43,799 nucleotides of DNA, taken from assembly GCA_964622465.1 (NCBI GenBank), contig CAZUQH010000005.1, positions 1 through 43,799 on the forward strand, in the 5' to 3' direction. Below are positions 7,589-16,451 of this stretch, in pieces. The stretch comes from an uncultured bacterium. Its GTDB lineage: Bacteria > CG03 > CAZUQH01. Each line of letters begins with the position of its first letter. The stretch's first letter is position 1. The position numbers and the translations under genes are program-made. Below the pieces are notes generated by a model that searched no databases, was not told the DNA's origin, and saw only the letters and a list, made by a program, of their open reading frames with translations.

Positions 7589-10009
7589 CTATTTAACTGG
7601 CACCAGAATAGCAGCGGAACGAGGTGCAAGCGTCAAAACAATTTCGCCGTTTTCCGTTGGTTGAACCAAAGTACCGGATATTTTATCTTTGAGTAGTTCC
7701 GGCGAGCCCAGGCCATCCGGGATTTCTATCTTCCGGTCCTCACTCACATCGGATACATTCATACAAACAAGAGCAAAATCCTGAAAATAACATGATGCGA
7801 AAGCAATTGTAGCAGGCGTAACATCAAGCACTCGCGTTATCCCATACCGAAGAGATGGCAGTTCTTTGCGGATGGATATAAGCCGCGCAAGATATTCGGA
7901 AAATTCTCTTTCTTGCTCAGTAACCTGCTCTCCAAATTTCATCATTCGCCTGTTGTCAGGGTCCCCCGCTCCTGAAAGACCAATCTCGTCACCGTAATAG
8001 ATGGTCGGCACGCCACGTATGCTCATTATCAATGTGAATGCGAGTTTTATCCGGTCGTAGGTGCTCTGGTCATCGATCTGCGGCACTGCCTGAAGGACTT
8101 TGCCGTCTGAAGTAATATCACCATCCGCGTACGCAGCGAAGCGCGGGAAATCGTGGTTTCCGATAAAGACGCCCATAATAGCTGTGGCAGGATACGATTT
8201 CTCGCGCATTTCAAGCGCTTCTGCAAGAGCGGTACAATTTCTGCTCCGCGTTCCGAACACATCTCTTATAACCCAGAAGAGCGGGAAATCAAACTGCCCA
8301 TCAAGCTCGTACTCGCTCACATACTCCATTATTTTCGCTGGAGATGATATTGATTCGCCTACCGTGTAAAATCGCTTGCCCTGCGGAAATTCTACCTCGC
8401 GTCTTATCGCCTGTCTCATCTCCAACCACAGCGAATGAGGCACATGTTTCACTGCGTCAAGACGAAAACCATCTGCGTCTGTCTCCTTTATCCACCACAC
8501 TGCATTTTCAACCATTGCCTTCTGCGCCCCGGCGTTGCCAGCGAAGTCAAAAGATGGCAGAAAAGTGTCAAACCATGTAGTAAGCGGATGTTCATCAAAC
8601 AGCCGTATGTTGAGCCGGCCGTCGGGCAGATTGAGTGGACCGAACCACTCCGGGTGTTCGCGAAACCAGGGGTGGTCTTCGTGTACATGATTCGTAACCA
8701 GGTCAAGAAGTACCCTGATACCGCTTGCGTGCGCAAGTTCAACCATCTCTTTCAGTTGTTCGTTATCTCCGAAATGTTCCTCAACATTAGTGGGACTTAT
8801 GGGCCAGTAACCGTGATAGCCAGTGAACTTTCTCTGTGGGGGAACCGACTCTGTATAAACGATATTTGGATTCTCGTAGACGGGCGTAATCCAGATTGCG
8901 TTTATGCCGAGTTTCTGAAAGTAGCCATCCTCAATTTTCTTTATTATCCCGGCAAAGTCACCGCCTTCGTAGTTGGCGCTTTTCGCAATTGCACGGTCCT
9001 TCAATGGCCTGTCATTTTTCTTGTCGCCATTATGGAAACGGTCAATGAAAAGGAAATACAAGACCGTATCCCGCCAGTCATACGGTGCTGCATCGCCGAG
9101 GAATTCTTCAAAAACTATTGGTTCGGCCGGAATTCCTTTCTTGTCCTGTGCTCCAATCTGGAATACGCACCACCCGGAAGGAACCGTGTCCATCTTAATA
9201 CGAAGCATGTTTGCTTTTTGGTCAACTTTAACACAATCCGCGCCGAGACGCTCGTTATTCAAAAGTACTACTACTGAGTTTTGGTCAATCTGAAAGGCGC
9301 CGGCACCCGGGACAAATTGAATGTCGTATTCCAGTACTTCACCAACCACTCTGTTGACGCCGACAAGCTCTGGCTTCTTGGGCGGAAAGTAGCTCAGAAC
9401 AGAATTGTATCCACCAAAACCGTCTGGTGACTTATCTGGATTTTGTGGGTCTGCAAGCCATCTGCCATCCACCACAAACTTGTACTGATACTTGCCTGGC
9501 TCAAGGTCAACGTTTACCTCATAGGTGCCGTCCCCGTCTTTGTCAAGCAACTGGGTTGCATGCTGATTCCAACCGTTGAAATCACCTGCCACAAACACGC
9601 GCTGGACGGGCTGTCCGGGTCTGAAACGGAAGGTGTGCCCGGTATCTTTCGTCGCCCACAAAAGCAATGTAACAGGACGGCTTTCTCCCTGTGAATTTGA
9701 AATCACAAAATCAACTGTGCGCACACCAGTCCTGTTCTTGTCTATTGTGATGTGTATAGCGTTTTCTCTGTCATCGTAAGTCGCCTTCAGGTCAGGGCTT
9801 GCGGAGGGCGATACTTTGACCTGGAGGCGGGACTGGGGCGCTGTATTGTAAACGAGAGAGTCCAGGTCAACAGTATGGAGTTTTCCTGTTGTGAGTTTCG
9901 CAGGATTTATGGACCATACTTTCAGTTCCGCATGAACACCAGGCGAAAGCACACTGACAAAAAGGACTGTCAGTACAAATATAACAGCACTGCTCCCTTT
10001 CGTTCTCAT
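7589..10009 (-). CDS. secreted GH13 alpha-amylase-family enzyme (neopullulanase/amylase-like) with N-terminal CBM48
   Basis: CBM48 segment VFVAGDFNGWNQHATQLL...GKYQYKFVVDGRWLADPQNP. Canonical GH13 regions VLLDLVTNHV, DGFRLDAVKHV, YTVGESI and FIGNHDFPRF. Start chosen at ATG 10009 (MRTKGSSAVIFVLTVLFVSVLSPGVHA) behind GAGAGGAG. Confidence 0.9.
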   Translation of the reverse strand: MRTKGSSAVIFVLTVLFVSVLSPGVHAELKVWSINPAKLTTGKLHTVDLDSLVYNTAPQSRLQVKVSPSASPDLKATYDDRENAIHITIDKNRTGVRTVDFVISNSQGESRPVTLLLWATKDTGHTFRFRPGQPVQRVFVAGDFNGWNQHATQLLDKDGDGTYEVNVDLEPGKYQYKFVVDGRWLADPQNPDKSPDGFGGYNSVLSYFPPKKPELVGVNRVVGEVLEYDIQFVPGAGAFQIDQNSVVVLLNNERLGADCVKVDQKANMLRIKMDTVPSGWCVFQIGAQDKKGIPAEPIVFEEFLGDAAPYDWRDTVLYFLFIDRFHNGDKKNDRPLKDRAIAKSANYEGGDFAGIIKKIEDGYFQKLGINAIWITPVYENPNIVYTESVPPQRKFTGYHGYWPISPTNVEEHFGDNEQLKEMVELAHASGIRVLLDLVTNHVHEDHPWFREHPEWFGPLNLPDGRLNIRLFDEHPLTTWFDTFLPSFDFAGNAGAQKAMVENAVWWIKETDADGFRLDAVKHVPHSLWLEMRQAIRREVEFPQGKRFYTVGESISSPAKIMEYVSEYELDGQFDFPLFWVIRDVFGTRSRNCTALAEALEMREKSYPATAIMGVFIGNHDFPRFAAYADGDITSDGKVLQAVPQIDDQSTYDRIKLAFTLIMSIRGVPTIYYGDEIGLSGAGDPDNRRMMKFGEQVTEQEREFSEYLARLISIRKELPSLRYGITRVLDVTPATIAFASCYFQDFALVCMNVSDVSEDRKIEIPDGLGSPELLKDKISGTLVQPTENGEIVLTLAPRSAAILVPVK

Positions 10010-10052
10010 CAAGTCAACTCCTCTCTGGATAGCTGCAGGAAAATTTTGGCTC

Positions 10053-10724
10053 TTAATCAACAATAATTACTGAGTTCAGGTCGCCGAAGCCGTCATCTGT
10101 TGTTTCGGGGTTTGACGGGTCCTGCAGCCAATTTCCATCCACGACAAACTTGTACTGATGCCTGCCAGGCGTGATTGGCAATACAATACTGAAAACTCCA
10201 CTGGCATCTTTAGTCATCAAGTTTGCATCCTGACTCCATCCGTTGAAATTACCAGCTACCGCAACTCTGGACGCGTTCGGCGCTTTGTATGAGAACTTTA
10301 TTCCATCCTTGACCTGCTTTGGCGCAAGCGGCGATGTTTTGACGCTTACAACCGAGTTCTCCCCGCCGAATCCATCGGGTGCGGTTGCGGGATTATTCGG
10401 GTCCTTTGCCCAGTTTCCGTCAACAACAAATTTGTATTGGTGTTCGCCTACCCCGAGAGGCACAGTCCCACGCCAGACGCCGTCTTTCCCTTTTGACAGG
10501 GCGAGCGAAGATGCGCTCCAATCGTTGAAGCTACCCGCAAGGTAAACGGACTGACCTGGACCGGCGTATTCAAATACAACTCCTTCACCGGTCACCTTTG
10601 GGCCGCCGACAGCCGCTGTCCCGGCTGGTTTTGGCGCCTGTGGAGCAGTCGCCTTCGGGCCATACACTGCCGCGCAACCTGCACACACGATTGCAGCCAG
10701 AGCAACTACAAACAACCTTCTCAT
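10053..10724 (-). CDS. probable lipoprotein with two tandem CBM48 (AMPK-beta-like glycogen-binding) domains
   Basis: Signal MRRLFVVALAAIVCAGC. Two repeats of the pattern V(Y/A)(L/V)AG(S/N)FN(D/G)WS...G(E/R)HQYKFVVDGNW(A/L)(K/Q)DP(N/S)NP...DGFG. AGGAGG lies 5 nt before the ATG. Confidence 0.8.
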   Translation of the reverse strand: MRRLFVVALAAIVCAGCAAVYGPKATAPQAPKPAGTAAVGGPKVTGEGVVFEYAGPGQSVYLAGSFNDWSASSLALSKGKDGVWRGTVPLGVGEHQYKFVVDGNWAKDPNNPATAPDGFGGENSVVSVKTSPLAPKQVKDGIKFSYKAPNASRVAVAGNFNGWSQDANLMTKDASGVFSIVLPITPGRHQYKFVVDGNWLQDPSNPETTDDGFGDLNSVIIVD

Positions 10725-10750
10725 ACCTCACCTCCTGTACGCCGGTATCA

Positions 10751-11146
10751 TCACCGCACTATAACAAGCGAATTTATGTTCCCGCGACCGTCATCATAAG
10801 TGTAAGGGTTATTCGGGTCAAGTACCCAGGCAGTGTTGTCAAGCACAAACTTGTACTGGTATCTTCCAGAAGACAGGGGAACAACTGCCTTCCAGATTCC
10901 ATTCTCATCTTGCTTGAGAGTGATAGCCCTGCGCTGACCCGGCTGATACTCCCACCCGTTGAATTCCCCTGCTACATACACACTTCTGGAACCTGGTGAA
11001 TCAAGTTGAAACAGAATGCCACCGGGGACTGGATGCGGTGGTTCCAGACGGTCTTTCACAAACTTGAGAGTCGCGCAACCGGCCACAAGAACCCCGACGA
11101 CAAGCAAGGACAACGGCACTCTCAGCCGGATGTGTCTGGGTTCCAT
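10751..11146 (-). CDS. lipoprotein with a single CBM48-like domain
   Basis: Lipobox LVAGC in MEPRHIRLRVPLSLLVVGVLVAGCATL. Then VYVAGEFNGWEY...GRYQYKFVLDNTAWVLDPNNP. The start at 11146 is preferred for the signal peptide. ATG 11200 is possible and would overlap the upstream gene. Confidence 0.7.
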   Translation of the reverse strand: MEPRHIRLRVPLSLLVVGVLVAGCATLKFVKDRLEPPHPVPGGILFQLDSPGSRSVYVAGEFNGWEYQPGQRRAITLKQDENGIWKAVVPLSSGRYQYKFVLDNTAWVLDPNNPYTYDDGRGNINSLVIVR

Positions 11147-11180
11147 GAAAGCAAGTCCCTTCTCGCGTGGGACTTTCGCG

Positions 11181-12797
11181 TTAAAAGGAAACATGAGCAT
11201 TTATCCCTACTCTGCTGTAATTTTGCAGATTCCGTTCACTGGTTCTGATAGCATCAAGAATACTCACACCGTCTGCTATCTTGACTTGAAAGGAATCATA
11301 TAGAAATTTGTCGCGCATATCCATTTCGTCATCTATTGAGAGCGGTAATGGCGATTTCCCCCAGCCGAGAAGTATTGCTACTGACCGGGCTGGCTGCCAG
11401 CCAATCCCTGCCCAGTGAGAATGGAAGAAATTATTTGAAGCGCTCTCAAACAACGAAAAAGTGCGCGCGTTCCAGAAGATAAAGAAATCACGGAGCAAAC
11501 CAATCCTAAGGTCCGAAACCACCTCAATTGTACTCAGGTCCGGGCCAGAAACTTCATACTGTCCGAACAGCGCGTTCAGTTTCAACTGCACAGGGCCCAA
11601 CGTCCACTTTGTTGTTCCAAGAACCTGTATCGTTTGTCCTGGAGATACAAGCGGAGAAGATGAATCAAAGACCTGGTATGGTAGCCAGAACCGGGCAACC
11701 AATGGGTCAAATGCAGAATCCACTGTGTCCGACTTCTTGTGGCGTAACCAGCTTGCCTCCACTCCTGACTGCACAACTGGCATGGAAAGGGTGAGCCCTG
11801 CGCACGGCCCTTCGTCCCTTGCTTCCCCTTCTCCGAAATACTGCGTCATGTCCCACCAATCCTGGCGCCAGCCAACCTGCCAGGACAAGAGATCTTCCGA
11901 ACCGCGAAATCCAACGATGTTCTTTCGTTCGTCATAAACAGGCCACGATTTGTCGCTGTCTGCATAAGTACCTGCGCCTTCGTTCCAGTGTGTAGTCACG
12001 AGTTCTCTTTTGCCGGCTACATATTCCTCAAAAAAGCGAAAGTGTCCCGGAACCAGGTCCATCTCAAACAATCCACCAGCGAGATAGGAGCAAATGGTTC
12101 CTTCGTACCAGACAGGGTTACCAGTGTCGTTTAACCCTGCTGCTGATTCTGGAGTCGGGAACCAGTTGTTGTCAGGGTTTGAGTAAGGGTACTTTATTCC
12201 ACGGTCTGACCGCATTAACAAGGTTAGCCGGGTTAGTCCCACCTCTCTTGAAGCCCAGCCGACGAATGTATCAACACCAGAATTAAAATTGTCGCAACCA
12301 AAAAATACAATGTTCGTATCCCATGGCATTGTCTGAAAGAGAACACCCTGTGTTCCGAGACCAAAGTTCAGATTGCGGTCAACTGTGTCGTACAACAATA
12401 TCTCTTTCTTCCTCAAGAACATTTCACCACGCATAATATTGAGAGGGTCACAAAGTTGAGTCACTTTCTCGTTTGAATGGAAAAGAAGCGAGAGCCACGG
12501 AAAACTAAAGCGCAGGTGTGCTTTGTCAAGGTCAAGAGCATAGCGGTCTTCGCCCGTATCAAAAGATAAGCGCGCAAATCCGTCCAGAACCTGTGCGAGA
12601 GAAAACCTCATATCCAATCCAAAGTAGTGCCAGGGCGTCTCAAGACGCCATTCCCTGTCTTTTTGCTCAACCCATGTATCAACGCCATACTTTCCTGAAA
12701 TGTTCATTGTTCCGGAATACGGAAATGTGACAGCGCCATACCCATGCGCATACAGGACAAGAAAGTATCCGAATACTGCTACGATTATTCGCCTCAT
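11181..12797 (-). CDS. predicted outer-membrane beta-barrel protein, unassigned family (538 aa)
   Basis: Signal peptide MRRIIVAVFGYFLVLYAHGYGA. No long hydrophobic helices. Aromatic-rich alternating pattern. C-terminal ...GINAHVSF ends in Phe as in BAM substrates. Distant paralog of the next gene. Confidence 0.5.
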   Translation of the reverse strand: MRRIIVAVFGYFLVLYAHGYGAVTFPYSGTMNISGKYGVDTWVEQKDREWRLETPWHYFGLDMRFSLAQVLDGFARLSFDTGEDRYALDLDKAHLRFSFPWLSLLFHSNEKVTQLCDPLNIMRGEMFLRKKEILLYDTVDRNLNFGLGTQGVLFQTMPWDTNIVFFGCDNFNSGVDTFVGWASREVGLTRLTLLMRSDRGIKYPYSNPDNNWFPTPESAAGLNDTGNPVWYEGTICSYLAGGLFEMDLVPGHFRFFEEYVAGKRELVTTHWNEGAGTYADSDKSWPVYDERKNIVGFRGSEDLLSWQVGWRQDWWDMTQYFGEGEARDEGPCAGLTLSMPVVQSGVEASWLRHKKSDTVDSAFDPLVARFWLPYQVFDSSSPLVSPGQTIQVLGTTKWTLGPVQLKLNALFGQYEVSGPDLSTIEVVSDLRIGLLRDFFIFWNARTFSLFESASNNFFHSHWAGIGWQPARSVAILLGWGKSPLPLSIDDEMDMRDKFLYDSFQVKIADGVSILDAIRTSERNLQNYSRVGINAHVSF

Positions 12798-12818
12798 ATC
12801 TCCTCCGCGATTTGACTT

Positions 12819-14246
12819 CTAAAAGTTGATACGGATGAAACTCTTAAGAAGCCCGTTTTGCTCCGCTGACAATGCCTCCGCATCCATATTGCTCCCGAAC
12901 TCAAAGTATGCCTCTATGTTCCACCCAACCATGTATCGCAACTGATAAAAAGAATTGCTCCATATATTTGAACCGACGAGGTCAGCGAGGTGCCAGTAAA
13001 ACCGCCACCTGTCACCAAAGTTTACACCTGTCTCCATGTCAATTGTAAAATACGGTTCACTCGTGCTGGTATATATGTCTTTTACCTTTGCGCGCATCCT
13101 CGCATACGCAAACTGATTTTCACTTGACAGTTCTAACCAGGCAGAACCAGTGGTGGTGGTTCTTTGCTTCACTGTCCAATCGGTTGCAAGTTTTGTTTTC
13201 AAATTTCCAACAAGCTCAGTGTATACTTCTGCGTAATTCCATTCGCGACGCCACTTACTCGCAAAAAAAGAGTCATAATCATTGTTATCTTCGTCGTACG
13301 AACTCACAAAATCGTCTCGCTTGTAAGTCAGGTTAATTGTCTTTTTTGGCACAAGGAAAACCGCCTCAGCATAGTAACCATCCCGGTCAAAATTATGGTC
13401 ATCAAGGTCAAACTTTTTTGAGAGCCGGTCATGAAAGTACTTTCCATAATTGTACCTGTTCCAGGTGAGATATAATGGACCAATGCGCATCCCGCGAAGT
13501 TCCATACACCAGGCGGACGAATCAGTATAGTACTTCTGTTCTCCTTCAAGATCAGAACTGATAGCATACTCTGCTATGAAATTCGCTCCAAGTATTCCAA
13601 GATTCAAATCGCCTGAGAAAACATCGTTCCAGTTTAATCCCCAACCAGAGCCATCGTCCCATTCTTTTCTGAGTGCAGAAAAACCCATCTCAAGCGAGTC
13701 GTCCAGCGGACCTGCCCGCCAGATATTCTTGTTAATTTTCCCTATGTATGCAAACGCAGGTGTAGTGGTGTAGCGGCTCACCACTGCACTGGCATTTGTC
13801 CCTGCAAGGTCGTGCAGGTCATAGCGCAGTGCAAGCGCCTTTGGCCCCCATTGGTCGTCTTTGACTTTGTCCACATCTACAAGTCGTAGAAGCGGAGAGT
13901 TTATCCAGTGACGCTCTTCCCTTGCTGTGAGTAGTAATTCATGGTGCTGCTGCCAGAACCGCGCGTGTGATTGCACAAGCCAGAATTTCGCCTGTGGGTC
14001 GCTTGTATTTGACCACGCCCCGCATTCCGCATACAGGTCCGAACCTTTGACCGGGTCTGACCATAGTTTCAGGTTGAGATGATGCATCGGTTTTGCAATA
14101 TTCCACCTGAAATCACTTGACTCGTAAGATGCTGTCTCCAGTTCGTAGTAACCGCCAACTCCTGTCCCTGCCATCAGAACGCTGGAAGCATAAACCATAG
14201 TGCCGGCAATGATAGAAAAAATAATCGCTCTCTTTGAGCAACACAT
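12819..14246 (-). CDS. predicted outer-membrane beta-barrel protein, unassigned family (475 aa)
   Basis: Signal-like N-terminus MCCSKRAIIFSIIAGTMVYASSVLMA. C-terminal ...LLKSFIRINF. Shares N-terminal blocks with the 538-aa protein (RWNIAKPMHHLNLKL vs WRLETPWHYFGLDM; QSHARFW vs KAHLRFSF). Confidence 0.5.
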   Translation of the reverse strand: MCCSKRAIIFSIIAGTMVYASSVLMAGTGVGGYYELETASYESSDFRWNIAKPMHHLNLKLWSDPVKGSDLYAECGAWSNTSDPQAKFWLVQSHARFWQQHHELLLTAREERHWINSPLLRLVDVDKVKDDQWGPKALALRYDLHDLAGTNASAVVSRYTTTPAFAYIGKINKNIWRAGPLDDSLEMGFSALRKEWDDGSGWGLNWNDVFSGDLNLGILGANFIAEYAISSDLEGEQKYYTDSSAWCMELRGMRIGPLYLTWNRYNYGKYFHDRLSKKFDLDDHNFDRDGYYAEAVFLVPKKTINLTYKRDDFVSSYDEDNNDYDSFFASKWRREWNYAEVYTELVGNLKTKLATDWTVKQRTTTTGSAWLELSSENQFAYARMRAKVKDIYTSTSEPYFTIDMETGVNFGDRWRFYWHLADLVGSNIWSNSFYQLRYMVGWNIEAYFEFGSNMDAEALSAEQNGLLKSFIRINF

Positions 14247-14284
14247 AGGACTTTATAACCCCTGCGGAGGCTGTCTGACACCCC

Positions 14285-15103
14285 CTACAGATGAACAGTT
14301 AACGAACTCATGTAAGTGATGCCAAGTGCTTTATGAATACCAAAGTCAAAACCGAAAGTGAGCATGTTCGCCCGAAACCCGATACCACCAACCAATAACC
14401 CATAATGCACTCCCATTCTCAGTGAAAGGATGTCCTGAAACCATACTTCGCTTAAAAGTGATGAGTTCTTCACAAGGTCGTGCCATCTGCCGTTCATCGT
14501 CCGCACAGCCGCTGACAGCACCACGGGTGGAAAAGGATGACAGTATATCTCACCAAGCAAATCTGCTGAATGAGTAATCCCTGCTCCTCCGGAGAGAAGA
14601 TGCACCGCTGGCGAATTGAGATTAAGCCCTGCAAAGCCAAAAGTAATGAATGTGGCTGGACTGATTCGTACGCCGAGGTCATAGCTCACAACATATTCTG
14701 GTCCCGCATACGCAGGGTCGTCTTCCCGGTAACCGGGAGCGCCTGCGCCAAGAAATTTTACCGCTCCGCCAACCGCTACTATACCAATTGCAAAACTACT
14801 GCCGCAAGCGACCATATCCTCAAAGTACGCACCGCTCATAGTAACACGCTCAAAATTGCATGCGAGAACTTGCCTGCCAAATGGAACACCGACACCAAGC
14901 GATACCTGGTACACGCTGGTCTGGTTGTAAGGCAGTGCACCCACCATATCAACAACCGGTGAAGAAAGAGTCGCAGAACCCGCTGGATTTCCAGGCAAAA
15001 CCCCTTCATTCTCATATTGCGGCAGAACTATCCCAGCAAATAGCAAAACAGGTCTCGCTACTGCCGCAAGCACTACAATGGAAAACAATACTCGCTTAAC
15101 CAT
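14285..15103 (-). CDS. small beta-barrel, PorV/PorQ/PorP-like (weakest of three)
   Basis: Signal peptide MVKRVLFSIVVLAAVARPVLLFAG. C-terminal pattern LSLRMGVHYGLLVGGIGFRANMLTFGFDFG...ITYMSSLTVHL parallels the 304- and 316-aa barrels. The N-terminal hallmark is poorly conserved. Confidence 0.4.
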   Translation of the reverse strand: MVKRVLFSIVVLAAVARPVLLFAGIVLPQYENEGVLPGNPAGSATLSSPVVDMVGALPYNQTSVYQVSLGVGVPFGRQVLACNFERVTMSGAYFEDMVACGSSFAIGIVAVGGAVKFLGAGAPGYREDDPAYAGPEYVVSYDLGVRISPATFITFGFAGLNLNSPAVHLLSGGAGITHSADLLGEIYCHPFPPVVLSAAVRTMNGRWHDLVKNSSLLSEVWFQDILSLRMGVHYGLLVGGIGFRANMLTFGFDFGIHKALGITYMSSLTVHL

Positions 15104-15147
15104 AAAACTTAACGAACAGCATATACTGGTTTAATACATCACTTTTC

Positions 15148-15317
15148 GAGGTCGGCGCGCCGGCGTTCTCTACAAGCGGGTGCTTGGTTCTCCGCCACGC
15201 AAGCTAAATAATATTCTGAAGTAACTAGGCGGAGAACCGCAGCGAGCGTCGGCGAGCAAATATCATCCATAACTACATGCGAGCGTGCCCGCGGTAGAGA
15301 CGCCAGGCAGCCGACCC
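15148..15317. repeat. 170-nt GC-rich nested inverted-repeat element (REP/MITE-like or structured RNA), copy A
   Basis: Pairings seen directly: 15150-15156/15310-15316 (GGTCGGC/GCCGACC); 15162-15173/15294-15304 (one bulged T); 15176-15180/15288-15292 (GCGGG/CCCGC); perfect 11-bp 15186-15196/15228-15238 (GGTTCTCCGCC/GGCGGAGAACC). GCGAGCGT is repeated directly at 15242 and 15279. Confidence 0.6.
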
Positions 15318-15364
15318 ATGACTGTCTACTATGTATCTGAACCTATGAACAGCACAAGTAGAAC

Positions 15365-16396
15365 TCAGCGTATTAAAGCAAATGGCACGTTCTTGCGCCT
15401 GATTCTATCTGATTCGCCCTTTATTGCAAAAAAGTAAATCCCACCAGGCGCGGTCTTGTTGTTATCATCCAGACCATCCCATACATAGGAAACATGAAAC
15501 TGCTCTGCTCCCGGAAAACTAATTTCTCTGGTTTCAAACTGTTTTACGAGATAGCCGTTGAGGTCGTATATCGCCGCATCAAGCTCGGCCGGTCTGGAGA
15601 CATAGAAGCCGAACTCAATAGTGTCCCCTATACCGTTTCCGTCAGGGGAAAATACGGTGCTGGTGCGGGAAACCTCAGAAATAGAAAATGATATTTCTGC
15701 GTAGGTGTCATCCGGGACGCCATCGTTATCTCTATCTATTATGACTTCTGCGGTTCTGTCCACATTTGGAAGGTACTTGTTCAGAGGAGCGGAATCGCCA
15801 CCAAGTGCCGACTCGTCGCAGAGCGCAGCGACAACCCTTATTTTTGCACCAACAGGAACTTTGCCATTGCCAAGACCATATAGCACATCAAATGGAACTT
15901 TCATCTCACTTCCACCGCTTGTGTAAGAAAAAGAAGTCGCAACCTGCACGCCGTTTGAACCGGTCAAATCCCGGCTTGCCGTAGGTGTAAGTACCTGATA
16001 GAAGTTTCCTTTTGCTCCGTCCCACGACCCGAAGAAAAAATCAATAGCACTCCCATCCCAGAACCGCGCACCTTTCTGCCAGTTATCTATGGAAGTCAGG
16101 TCCGTAGCGCCTTGAGACAATTCAGGGTTCACATCCATATACAGGAGCCACCCGCATCCATCAACAAAACCCTGTATCCCGAGGTAAAGGTTGTTTTGGT
16201 CCCATGTAACATACAACGCATCTATCGCGCCCTTACTCCATTTGCTATCGCCCGCCTCGCCAGCAATGTTCTCGTCAGAACAGAAACTACTAAGGTCACC
16301 ATCTACTTTGATTCCATGATAACTCGCTGACAGGACTGCACCGCCAGAGAAAAGAACGCAAACCGTGATTATCATCCCGAGCCGGGTTCTATTCAT
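15365..16396 (-). CDS. secreted CBM9/DOMON-like sugar-binding protein with FlgD-Ig-like (T9SS-style) C-terminal domain
   Basis: Start chosen at ATG 16396 (MNRTRLGMIITVCVLFSGGAVLSA). N-terminal IKVDGDLSSF...DALYVTWDQNNLYLGIQG. C-terminal VFSPDGNGIGDTIEFGFYV...AAIYDLNGYLVKQFE...YVWDGLDDNNKTAPGGIYFFAIKG...VPFALIR. Confidence 0.65.
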   Translation of the reverse strand: MNRTRLGMIITVCVLFSGGAVLSASYHGIKVDGDLSSFCSDENIAGEAGDSKWSKGAIDALYVTWDQNNLYLGIQGFVDGCGWLLYMDVNPELSQGATDLTSIDNWQKGARFWDGSAIDFFFGSWDGAKGNFYQVLTPTASRDLTGSNGVQVATSFSYTSGGSEMKVPFDVLYGLGNGKVPVGAKIRVVAALCDESALGGDSAPLNKYLPNVDRTAEVIIDRDNDGVPDDTYAEISFSISEVSRTSTVFSPDGNGIGDTIEFGFYVSRPAELDAAIYDLNGYLVKQFETREISFPGAEQFHVSYVWDGLDDNNKTAPGGIYFFAIKGESDRIRRKNVPFALIR

Positions 16397-16451
16397 CCTC
16401 CAGGTACTTCTCCCAACAGTCCGGCCGCACCCGTGCTCGTCACGTCCTTGT

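Noticed and set aside
8435-9277. 280-aa plus-strand ORF
   Set aside because: It lies entirely antisense to the well-supported GH13 gene. It has no recognisable motifs and is Cys-rich and low-complexity. This looks like a shadow ORF.
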